Part shown: positions 36,501 to 49,500 of the stretch, in pieces
Layout of the letters: each line of letters begins with the position of its first letter
Position numbering within the stretch: the first letter of the stretch is position 1
From: Octopus sinensis
Lineage: Eukaryota
Assembly: GCF_006345805.1 (NCBI RefSeq)
Contig: NC_043007.1
Span: 20,770,001-20,834,000 of the forward strand
Length of the DNA stretch: 64,000 bases
Direction of reading: 5' to 3'
Program-made: the position numbers and the translations under genes
The notes under the pieces: generated by a model
The model's database searches: none
What the model saw: only the letters and a program-made list of their open reading frames with translations
What the model was told of the DNA's origin: nothing

Positions 36501-39500
36501 TGTTTTATGTTCAAACTGACCAGATCTGGTCTCTCACACCAATCCTACAATATTGTTTTAAAAATTAACAGCTACCTCATCAAAATCGCATGGCACCAAG
36601 ATAATGCATGATTAGTTCAGAACAATGTGGATAAAAAAGCATTAATTTTAGCAGAATAATGTGAACACTAAAGGGTTATATACAGACACACACACACAAA
36701 AGCTTTTGTTGACAACATAAGTAACAGTTCCACAAATTACTTCTCATCCAGTTATGTTTCCAGAAGATGCAATCAATCCCCTTCCAGTAATATCACCTAC
36801 TAACATGGTTAGTGCCAGTGGCCCCGTGACTGGCTCCTGTGCCTTTGGCATGTAAAAAGCATTATCTGAAAGCAATCAATGCCAAGGCCACCTGACTGGC
36901 TCTTGTGCTGGCACCACGTAAAAAGTACCCAGTTCACTCTGTGGAGTGTTTGGTATTAGGAAGGGAATCCAGCCTTAGAAACCAAACCAAAAGAGAAAAT
37001 GGAACCTGGTACGACCCCTGCCCTTGCCAGTTCCTGTCAAGCCATCCAACCCATGCCAGCATGGAAAACAGATGCTAAATGATGATGATGATGATTTTCC
37101 ATGCTTGCATGGGTCAGACGGAATTTATTGAGGTAAATTCTCTACAGCTGGATACCATTCCTGTTGCCAACCCTCACCTTTTTCCAAGTAAGGTAATATT
37201 TCCCTTATTTCTTTATTGCCCACAAGGGGCTAAGCATAGAGGGGACAATACTAGGACAGACAAAGGGATTAAGTCGATTTCATCGACCGCAGTACACAAC
37301 TGGTACTTAATTTATCAACTCCAAAAGGATGAAAGGCAAAGTTGATCACAGCGGAATTTGAACTCAGAACAAAATGGCAGACGAAATACCATTAAGCATT
37401 TCGCCCGGCGTGCTAACGTTTCTGGCAGCTTGCTGCCTAAATATTTCCCTAAGATAATATTTTCCCTTTGGCCAGACATGTTTTCACAGAAGCTTGCAAA
37501 TGAAGAATACTGCATGTATGATAGTGACCCTTATTTGCAGCTTTAATGCAAAGTCAAGGCAAGGAAACGGTAAAACACACACACACAATGGGCTTCTTTC
37601 AGTGAGGCTGAACCCCGACCCATATGGTTAGGAAGTGAACTTCTCACCACACAACCATGCCAGCAATGCAAAAATAAATGGTAAAGAGCATGATAAATTA
37701 GGTTTTACCAAAAGGAATCATAAATCATATCTATTTCAATCAAGGCCTTGAAGAAGTGTCAGAAATGCTTTCTTATCAATCTTGGAGTGGTTGGTGTTAG
37801 GAAGGGCATCCAGCTGTAGAAACTCTGCCAGATCAGATTGGAGCCTGGTGCAGCCATCTGGTTCGCCAGACCTCAGTCAAATCGTCCAACCCATGCTAGC
37901 ATGGAAAGCGGACGTCAAACAATGATGATGATGATGTTATTTCTAATTTCAATATTTTTTCAATATTTGGTGGCAAGCTGGGCAAAATGCATAGCAACAT
38001 AGCATATTGTCTGTCTTTATGTTCTGACTCCAAATTCCACTGTGGTTGACTTTGCCTTTCGTCTTTTCAAGGCCGATAAAATAAGTACAAGCTGAGGATT
38101 GATGTCAATATAATCAACTTACCCCTCCTGCAAAATTGTTGGCCCGTGACAAAATTTGAAACCCCAATTTTTTTTTTAATATTTGGTGGCGAGCTAGCAG
38201 AACAGTTACCATTCTGGGCAAAACGCTTAACAGCATTTCATCTGTCTTCATGTTCTGAGTTCAAATTCTGCCAGGTGGACTTTGCATTCCATCCTTTCAG
38301 GGTCAATAAAATAATTACCTATTGAATACTAGGGTCAATGTTACTGATTTAACCACCACCACCACCACCACGAAATTGCTGGCCTTGTGCCAAAATTTGA
38401 AACCAATATTTTTTTTTTCAATATTTAACATTCAATTTCTAATTCTTTCATATCAGAGAATAAGATTAAAAAAGAACATCACTTACTTCTAATATAAATT
38501 CTTTGAACAAAACTAATGCTTGGATTATCCTTTGTTTGAGCCGGTGTGGTAAGGAATTGGCAAAGTTCCGGTACGATCTGAATTGGTTAATTTCTCTGTG
38601 CTTTTCTATTAAAGCTACAATCAAGGAATGTACTAAATGGCAGTGCTTGGAATCAGAGACATTGAGCTGTGTTAACCAGTTAATTGTCAACATTCGTACT
38701 TCCATATCACACCTAGAAAAGCTGCAACACAAATATTTTCAATTTTTTTTTTTAATTTTGGAAATTTTTGTTGAAGACTTTATATAAATACATTCTTTTA
38801 TGATTTGGCTACAATATGTTTTATTTTAGTTCAGAATTATGTCTTCTAGTAATGTTAACCCTTTAGCAATTAAACCGGCCATATCCGGCCAAAAGTATTC
38901 TGCCTGTTTTATGTTCATACTGGCCAGATCTGGTCTCTCACACCAACCCTACAATATCGTTTTAAAAATTAACAGCTACCTCATTAAAATCTCATAGCTA
39001 CAAGATAATGCATGATTAGTTCAAAACAATGTGGATGAAAAAGCATTAATTTTGGCAGAATAATGCGAACACTAAAGGGTTAAGAAACAAATATTTGTGT
39101 ACTAAATCTTAGATATTTCTAGTATCTAAAAAAAAAGACAACAAAATATTCTAATTTTTAACTGTTTTCATTTAGAATATAAATTAAAACAATAAAAAAA
39201 CAACACAAATAATAGAAATGTTTTGTGACAAAAACAAGAACAAAATGGAAAATGGTCACTCACTTAGATTGGAGCTCATTGATGGCACATTCACTTTGGA
39301 TGCTGCCAATAAAAGCAGAGACATCCTGTCGGAATCTTAAAATAAAACAGAATAAGAACTTTACAACAAACTCTTGGAACCTATACAAAATTTTAAAACA
39401 ATCACTGTAATATATATGAATACATATTCGAAATCGAACCGAATTCGATGACTGGCACCCATGCCAACCTCCCTTCATCGGACACTAAACTCTGCTTGCG

Positions 39501-42500
39501 AAGACCTGTTGGGGCAAGTGAAATCGAAATTGAACCAAATTCGATGGATGGCACCCGTGCCAGAGGAGCGCTAACAGCTCCATCCAAGCGGGATCACTGC
39601 CAGAGCAGCTGTCTGGCTTCCGTGCCAGTGGGCAAGTAAAAAGCACCATTTGAGCGTGATCGTTGGCAGCGTCGCCTTACTGGCACTTGTGCTGGTGACA
39701 CGTGAACAAAACATTCAAGTGAGGTCGTTGCCAGTGCCGCTGGACTAACTCCTGTGCAGGTGGCACATAAAAAGCACCATTTGGGCGTGGCTGTTGCCAG
39801 TACCACCAAACAGGCCCTGTACATAATGCAAAATTTTTACTTTTCAAAAATTCCAATTCTAAAGGGTCGAAACAAACCCGAGCAACGCCGGGCGATACTG
39901 CTAGTATAATATATAATGAAAATAAAATAACTGACACTCACAGAAATATTTCAGGCCTAAAGACACAAAATTAAAATGTCATTGGTAACAAGAGGGAGAC
40001 CAGTTAAGGTTAATCAGCGGAAGCATGAACCTACCTTTCATTTTTCCGATACACAGTTCCATATGTACAAGCCTTAATTATAGTTCTGGTGAAATTTTCA
40101 GCATACTGACTCATTCCGTCACTTTGAAAGACTTTACATAAATGTTTAATGAAAATATTTGCCATACCAGTTCTCTCCTCTCCTATTTGAAGAATTAGTA
40201 GACTATTCTAGCAAAGAAAAAAAAATTAGATAAAAATGAAACAATTTCTTTGAATTCTGAGCATGACAATCTGATAATGTTTCTGCATGAGAAGAGACAT
40301 CAAATGAAAATTATTAAAGTTTAAAACAAGAAGGAAATCCTAAAATCTTATCTTCCCTAACACATTCAAATTATTTAACCCTTTCATTACTGTATTTATT
40401 TTGAGATGCTCTGTGTTTCTTTCAATTAATTTTAAATATAATAAAGAATTTAGTAAAATAACTTAGTTATCATTCAGCTAGTGTTAGGAACATAAATTGT
40501 GACTAAAGTTTGGTGGAAGATTTTAATTCAAAATTTATGAAAACAAGACATTTGTACTCAGAGCCAGAGCCAGTTTCAGCTGGGTTGGTAACAAAAGGGT
40601 TAAGTATATGTAAATGGTTATTTTAATTTAATACTGCTTCTGTTGCATATAAAGGGTTTTTATTCAGCTGGGTTCCTACCAGCAACACCAATGATTGCTT
40701 TTCACTGTTTTATTATATATCTATGGTGACAGATTTCACCTAAGCATGCTGTGAGTATGTGTTATTGATAATGCCTAAAGAGGCTGAAATGCATCTTTAT
40801 CACTTGCTACAGACTCTTTCTCTCTATGATATATACATCATATTGTGGTTTTAACATTTAGCATTCAGCAAATAACTCTGTCAAATGCAATGCTTGTTTA
40901 TTCAGATTGCTTTGAATTAATCTTGTGTTATCCTGTAGCTTTGAAATTTTGATGAATGCTAAAGAGTTAAAAGAAGAAGGATTAACAAAGGTATCCTCTT
41001 CACTGATGCAATCAATTCATAAATAATTATGAAAGTTGATTAAGTTGAGTAGTGATCTATTTGATATGTCAAGTTCCTTTACAAATAGTACACTGTTTCA
41101 ATTATAATGACAGCTAATTTTAATTAGGTTTCTCATGCAATTACTAGTTTAAGTAATTATATGCAGCATGACAAACCATAGATTATCTTATATCTGAAGC
41201 ATCAGTAGAAGTCATTTCATTTATTTTCAAACGATAATATAATATATAATGAAAATAAAATAACTGAGAATCACAGAAATATTCCAGGCCTAAAGACACA
41301 AAATTAAAGTGACATTGGTAAGAATGACCATAATAGCTCACCACATGTCGTCATTAATGATAGCTAATTGTAGTAATTTATAAATAAATAAGGTATATAA
41401 TAATCACACATACAAACATTCACATACTTCCCTTGCACACGCACAAACATACACACATATACTCACACAGACATGAAACCCTGCTTTTTTTTATTCCTTC
41501 CTTCTTTATTTATCTATGTAGTCCAACAAGAGAATAAAAAAAATAGATGAAACATAAAACAAAACAAAATCAAGGATCCAAGAAACATTACCTCCTGAAG
41601 AAATTTATTGACAGAAGAATCAGGTGCAGATCTGATGGTCTCAGTTTGGAAACAACTAGTGACATAGGCTTCAAACAACTGCCAATAAGATGCTGACTTG
41701 TGTTCTTCCTCAATGCGATTCCATGCAACATTCATTGCATTGACAATAATATCACAGTAAGCTGGCTCAGAGGCTACCTGTTACGAAAAATACAATCATA
41801 TATTAAAACAATGAAGCCTGAAGTAAATTGGATTCGATATATTTCCCGAGGAAAGATTAATGAATGGCTGCAATAAGATATAAAACTCAAGATAGGCGCA
41901 GGAGTGGCTGTGCGGTAAGTAGTTTGCTTACCAACCACATGGTTCCGGGTTCATTTCCATTGCGTGGCACCTTGGGCAAGTGTCTTCTACTATAGCCTCG
42001 GGACGACCAAAGCCTTGTGAGTGGATTTGGTAGGCGGAAACTGAAAGAAGCCCGTCATATATATGTATATATATATATATATATATATGCGTGTATGTGT
42101 GTGTATATATTTGTGTGTCTGTGTTTGTCCCCACCAACATCGCTTGACAACCGATGCTGGTGTGTTTACGTCCCTGTAACTTAGCAGTTCAGTAAAAGAG
42201 ACTGATAGAATAAGTCATGGGGTCAAATGGAAATTGTAGTTGTGATACCTGTGCCGGTGGCACATAAAATGCACCATCCGAACGTGGCCAATGCCAGCGC
42301 CACCTTAACTGGTTTCCGTGCCAGTGGCACGTAAAAAGCACCAGCTGATCGTGACTGCTGCCAGCCTCCCCTGGCACATAAAAACCACCCACTACGCTCA
42401 TGGAGTGGTTGGCGTTAGGAAGGGCATCCAGCTGTAGAAACACTGCCAGATCAGCCTGGAGCCTGGTGCGACCACCTGGCTTGCCAGACCCGGTCGAACC

Positions 42501-43552
42501 GTCCAACCCATGCTAGCATGGAAAACAGACGTTAAACGATGATGAGGATGATGACGAATTTGTTATATTCTTCAACTTTCCTAAACCATTTTATATTGCA
42601 TTGCACTTAACTTTAAATGGAAGCAAACAAACAGCAAACAATAAAAACATGTTCGATGGTCATTCGGAATGCTCACAGCAGCCATATTCCTACCACTCTA
42701 TGTCACGCTGGTGAGACCCATATTGGAGTACGGGATTCAAGCCTCTTCTCCTTATCTCCTCAAAGACATACAGCATCTCGAAAGAGTCCAGAAGCTGGCT
42801 ACCCGCATGGTTCATGGTCTCAAAAATTTGTCCTATGAAGAAAGGCAGAAGACGCTCGACCTTTATTCTCTTGAAAAACGCCGCCGCCGTGGTGATCTCA
42901 TTCTCGCCCACAACATCATAAGCGGAAAGTGTAACCTCTCGAAAGAGCTGTTCTTCACTCCTGCTCCAGAGCGTCGGCTGCGGGGTCATTCCGAAAAGCT
43001 CTACCTGCGACAATTTCATCTCAATCGAAGGAGAGGAGCTTTCTCCGTCCGGGTTGCGGATCTGTGGAACAAGCTGCCAGACGAGATGGTGAAGATGCCG
43101 ACGACCGCTTTGTTCAAAGCCTCCCTTGACCTCAAGTGGCCTGAACTCTTTACATGAACACCACCCTGTACTTAACTCCATGTCTCCCTACATGGCCTTG
43201 CTATTTGCTTTTGAGCCAAATTAACTAACTAACTAACTAACTATGTCCTTTAGTAAAAGATTAAAAAAATCTTTCAATTAGTTTTTTACCTGAGCAATAT
43301 CGTTTTCGAGGCACTTAAGCATTGGTAAAGCACTGTCACCAGAACCAAGACAAAGAGCGTCCACTGTTTGTTGGAGTAACTTTTCAGACTCATTCAAATT
43401 AGAGACAGACTTTTCTTGAATTTGGCTAAAGTACAGCATACACCACCATCTGTTTATGGAATAAAGGCTGCTGAGTTTGCCCCATGCGTATATTAATACT
43501 TGATTTTTGTCAGCATCTTTCCCACTGTTTAAAGAAAAACAAAAGAAAACAG

Positions 43553-43596
<44 letters not shown>

Positions 43597-46500
43597 TAGC
43601 ACTATGACCCAGCAACACCGGGTCATAGTGTTAGTGCATGCATATACAGCTGCGTGCCTGCGCACATACACGCGAGTACTGTCCAAATCTCCAACCAATC
43701 ACATACAGCTAGCTGGCATTCAAATGGCGTATCAAGTTTCAGGCATTTTGATTGGGCTTTGGATAGAAAATTCACAAAAAAATCACTTCCATTGATTTTT
43801 TAATGGCTTTGTGGGGTGATTGGGGAAATGTAAAGATGTGCACGACCACCCTTGGACAGTTTTGAATGACCATAGAAAGTGCGAGCCCTCAAACTGAAAT
43901 ATTGTGGATTTGTATAAAGGACACACACACACACATTTTGCCATTTAAATATGTATAGAGATAATAATAAAAATAACAACAACAATGATGATGATGATGA
44001 TGATAATGATGATAATGCTTTCTACTAAAGGCACAAGGCCTGATATTTGTGGGGAGGGGTCTAGTTGATCACATTCACCCCAGTGTTTCACTTAATTTAT
44101 TGACCCTGCAAAGATGAAAGGCAAAGTCGACCTTGGCTGAATTTGAACTCAGAACATAACGACAGGCAAAATACTGCTAAGCATTTCGTCCAGTGCGCTA
44201 ACACTTCTGCCACCTCGCCGGAATAGATGGATGGAAGAAATAGACATCAAACATGGTTTAGTACTGCTCCAGAAAACAGTGTTATTAGGAACAGGCAGAA
44301 TACTTAGGATTGCTCTTGGCATCTAAAGTTACTTGTTGTACCCAAATGTTAGAAATTCCACTTTTCCAATAGTTTAATCTGTTGTGCATATACGAAATAA
44401 TAATAAAGACAATTTTTATAAATATTTCAAAAACTAGACTAAACAATGTTTTAAAGCTTGATTTTTCACTTTAATTAGCAGAAGATAAAATTTTTTAAAT
44501 GTATCAAAATCAATTCGATGACTGGCATCCGTGCTAGTGGGGTGCAAAGAGCACCATACAAGTGTGATCGTTACCAGAGCAGCTAACTGGCTTCCGTGCC
44601 AGTGGCACATAAAAGGCACCATTCGAGTGTGATCATTACCAATGTCACCTTACTGGCACTTGTGCCCCGTGCTAGCAGGGTGCAAAGAGCACCATCCGAG
44701 CGTGATCATTGCCAGAGCAGCTAACTGGCATCCGTGCCGGTGGCTTGTAAAAGGCATCATCCGAGCGTGATCGTTACCAGAGTGGCTAACTGGCTTCCAT
44801 GCCAGTAGCACATAAAAGGCACCATTTGAGTGTGATCGTTACCAGCATTGCCTTACTGGCACTTGTGCTCGTGCTAGTAGGGTGCTAAGAGCACCATATG
44901 AGTGTGATCGTTGACAGAGTGGCTATTCGAGTACGATCGTTACCAGCGTCGCCTTACTGGCACTTGTCTGTGAAGGTTGTTCAGCAAGAAGTCATGGAAC
45001 CTTCATCGGTCATTCAGAAATAGGAGGACCCGCCAGTAAAATCAAGTGTACCAACAAAAAGACTATCCCACCCTAACAAGAAGGTAAAAAATGAATGTAA
45101 AAGATTTTAAATTTACTGAAATAAAACAAGGTTAAATTAAGGATTTCTAAGCTTAAAACCAACCCATCTACATTAATAACATTTATTACTCACCTGTTTT
45201 CACATTCCAGGGAATTGGGTTTGGTGAGATTCAAGTAATTGCTATCAAAATCTTTAGAGAAGTCTTTCAACATTGACCGAATTTCACAATGAGAATAGCA
45301 GAGCTTATTATGATATAAAATTTTGGTTATTGTTCCTAAAAGACTCATTGCGAAGGCCTGCGATAGCTGGCTTGAGATAGAAACCTGTAGTTGTTCAAAA
45401 TAAGAAAATAAATTTTCAAAATTCCCAAATAAAAATGTCATTAAAAAAATTTTATCTGTTTCATTTTCTTTTTTTTTTAGTATTTATTTATCCATACTTG
45501 TATTATTTATGCATACTTGTGGAGGCGCAATGACCCAGTGGTTAGGGCAGCAGACTTGCAGGTCATAGGATCGCAGTTTCGATTCCTGGACCGGGTGTTG
45601 TGAGTGTTTATTGAGCGAAAAACACCTAAAGCTCCACAAGGCTCCAGCAGGGGGTGGTGGTGATCCCTGCTGTACTCTTTCGCCGCAACTTTCTCTTACT
45701 CTTTCTTCTGTTGGCCTGCTCGCTTAGCCAGTGGGGTGGCGTCATTTGATGGCTAAAACAACGCGAAGCGCATTGTGACCAGCGATGTGTAGCAACATCT
45801 GATAGCCTGGTTGGTCACATCATCACGTGACATCTATGAACAAATGATTTTCTTTTTTAAAGAAGTTATGACACAAACAGTACACCACAATATCAGCCCA
45901 TAATAACAAGGAACAGAGAGAAAATATTATTCAACATTGCACGGTGCCAAGCGAAAAGTACCGATGCCGGTAACACATTAGAAGTACCCACGCCAGTACC
46001 ATGTAGGAAGCACTTGTGCCGGTATCATGTAATAGCACTGGTGGTGATGCCGTGGAAACTATGCCAAAACAGGCAACTGGAGCCTGGTGCAGCTCTCCAG
46101 CCATGCCAGCTCCTGTCAAACCACAGAACCCATGCCAGAATGGAAAATGGGTGTTAAATGATTATGATGATGAGTGTCACCCTTAGAATTTCAAGGTGGA
46201 TGATTTCAAGTGATTCATCATCATCATCGTTTAATGTCCGCTTTCCATGCTAGCATGGGTTGGACGATTTGACTGAGGGCTGGCAAACCAGATGGCTGCA
46301 CCAGGCTCCAATTATGATCTAGCAGAGTTTCTACAGCTGGATGCCCTTCCTAACACCAACCACTCCGAGAGTATAGTGGGTGCTTTTACGTGCCCCCGGC
46401 ACGAGGGCCAGTTTGGCGGTACTGGCAACAGCCATGCTCAAAATGGTGTTTTTTATGTGCCACCTACACAGGAATCAGTCCAGTGGCACTGGCAATGACC

Positions 46501-49500
46501 TCACTTGAATGTTTTGTTCACGTGCCACCTGCACAAGTGCCAGTAAGGCGACACTGGTAACAATCACGCTCAAATGGTGCTTTTTATTTGCTCTGGCAGT
46601 GATCCCACTCGGATGGAGCTGTTAGCGCTCCACTGGCACAGGTACCAGTCATCGAATTTGGTTAAATTTTGATTTCACTTGCTCCAACAGGTTTTCGCAA
46701 GTGGATTCAATTTTCAAATTAATATTCGCTTAAAAATTGATCACATAACCTTAGTATCAATTTCACAACACATATGATTGTTTCATATAATATAAAATAT
46801 ATCTCTTGAGCAATAATTAAAAAAAAAAAACAATTTAGAATATTAAAATGGCTAAAATATCATGCCAAAATGAAAGGCTCTTTTATAGATCTAAGAAAGA
46901 AAATATAGATTTGGTCTTACTTCTGATGGCGGCTTGCTTGATCTTTTAAGGAGTTCAATACAAGTTGAAACCAGCAAACTGATATCTTCAATGATGTGGT
47001 CCCATAGGTTCCATTCAACATATTTCAAAATGAGATGGCAGTAGATATGAAGGAGTTCTGTGTGATCCAACTGATGAAATACATTAGAAATCATAAAATT
47101 AGTTAGGAGTTTCTGTGGCTTATCTATTAGCCATTAAAATCAAATAACTGGTAAAAGAAATGAAATAGCTAACAAGGGAAAGAGAGAGAGGGGGAGAGGA
47201 GCTGCTCTATTTTATGCTTTTTTTTTCTCTAGTTTCAGCTTAGAGCTGTGGCCATGCTGATGCACCGCCGTTTAAAAGCGTATGTGTTCCCCCCCAGCTG
47301 GACAGGATGCTAGTCCATCGCAGCGTTACTCAAGAAACAGGAAGAAAGAGTGAGAGAAAGTTGGGGCGAAAGAGTACAACAGGGGTCGCCACCACCCCCT
47401 GCTGGAGCCTCGTGGAGCTTTTTAGGTGTTTTCGCTCAATAAATACACACAACGCTCGGTCTGGGAATCGAAACTGCGATCCTCCGACCACGAGTCCAGA
47501 GTTGTAAGCTCTGCAAAGGGATGGAGATTGGCCTACAAACCCACTGCATTCCATCTCAAAGTAAATAATATAACATATAAACTACCAGAAGGTGTGTGAT
47601 ACATTACAAACTGTTCAATCACACAATTAACCTTTTCATTACTGTATATATTTTGAGATGCTCTGTCTAGACATTTAAGACAGATAAGCAAAGGGTTCAG
47701 GGAACGCTTAACCCTTTAGCATTCAGATGACTTGGTCAAATGTGATATTTATTTATTCACATTGTTTTGAATTAATCATGCATTATCTCTTAGCTTCAAG
47801 ATTTCAATGTTGTGTTTGTATATTTTTAGAATGACATTGAAGGGTAGGTGTCAGAAGCTAGACATGGCCAATTTGAATGTAAAACAGATCGTTACCAACG
47901 TCGCCTTACTGCGTGATCATTACCAACGTCACCTTACTGCGTGATCGTTACCAACGTCGCCTTACTGGCACCTGTGCCGGTGGCACGTGTAAAAAGATTC
48001 GAGCGAGGTCATTGCCAGTACTGCCTGACTGGCCCCCCGTGCGGATGACACGTAAAAAGCACCCACTACACTCTCGGAGTGGTTGGCGTTAGGAAGGGCA
48101 TCCAGCTGTAGAAACACTGCCAGATCAAGATTGGAGCTTGGTGCAGCCATCTGGTTCACCAGGCCTCAGTCAAAATCGTCCAACCCATGCTAGCATGGAA
48201 AGCAGACGTTAAATGATGATGATGATGGAGAACATATGGGCCAGATATAGCCAGTTTAACCCTTTAGCATTTACACCGGCCATATCCAGCCAAAAGTATT
48301 CTGCTTGTTTTATGTTCAAACTGGCCATATCTGGTCTCTCACACCAACCCTACAATATAATCTTAAAAATTAACAGCTACCTCATCAAAATCTCATAGCT
48401 ACAAGGTAAAGCATGACTGGTTCAAAACAATGTGGATGAAGAAGCATTAATTTTGGCAGAATAATGTGAACACTAATGGGTTAAATGCTAAAGAATTAAA
48501 GAGAAAAATATAAAAAGCATTTAAGGAAAATAGTATTAAATGAAGAAAATATTAATAATGTCACTTACACATTCAATTTCGTAAGTAATCTGACAGGAAA
48601 TATATTTTACTGTCTCACTCGCACATTTTGTAACAAGATGGAAAATTGATTTTGAGATAGAACCATTCTCTTCTCTTTGTAATTCATCTTGAAGTGTAAA
48701 AAGAAAACGTTTATCAGAAAACAAGCTATAAATATCATTTGACGCAAAACATTCAGAATTTTCCTTGAAACAAAAATGTGATCAAGCATGGCTGGGTGGT
48801 TAAGAAGTTTGCTTTAACCATATGGTTTCGGGTTCAGTCTTGCTGTATGGCACCTGAGGCAAGTGTCTTTTACAATAGCTCGAGGCTAGTGCCTTATGAG
48901 GGAATTTGGTAGAAAGAAACTGAGTGGAAACCCATTGTATATATATATGTGTATATGTACATAAATATGTGTGTGCACACCATGTGTCATTTTGTTTGTC
49001 CTTACCACCAGGGCTGGGTACTCTGACGGTTATGATGACGAGGGTTCCAGTTGATCCAATCAATGGACGAGCCTGCTCATGAAATTAAAATGCAAGTGGT
49101 TGAGCACTCCACAGAGGCATACCCTTTATGTAGTTCTCAGGGAGATTCAATGTGACACAGAATGTGAAAAGGCTGGCCCCTTGAAGTACAGGTACAACTC
49201 ATTTTTGCCAGCTGAGTGGAGTGGAGGAATGTGAAATAAAGTGTCTTGCTCAAGGGCATGATGCATTGCTAAGAATTGAACTCACAACCTTACAATCTGG
49301 AGCCAAATAGACTAACTAGTAAGCCACACACTTTCTTGCAACCTACCACCATCACCCCAGTTGGAAAAGGAGAGGTGGTGGTGAAGAAGTGTCAGAGTGC
49401 AGGTGGAGGTAAGAGAAGTGCTACAGGGGATTTGATAGGGTGAGTGGGTGGGTGATTTTGCAAGGGGGTGAAAGGAGAATGGCAGATGGGTGGGGAAGGG

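Noticed and set aside
38503-38787. Plus-strand 94-aa ORF
   Set aside because: Antisense shadow of TARBP1 exon 17.
42690-43181. 163-aa minus-strand ORF
   Set aside because: Antisense shadow of the CR1 reverse-transcriptase fragment.
44520-44970. CRISPR-like repeat/spacer appearance
   Set aside because: The spacers are themselves repeated modules from the RTE UTR, the repeats are degenerate, no cas genes are present, and the context is eukaryotic.
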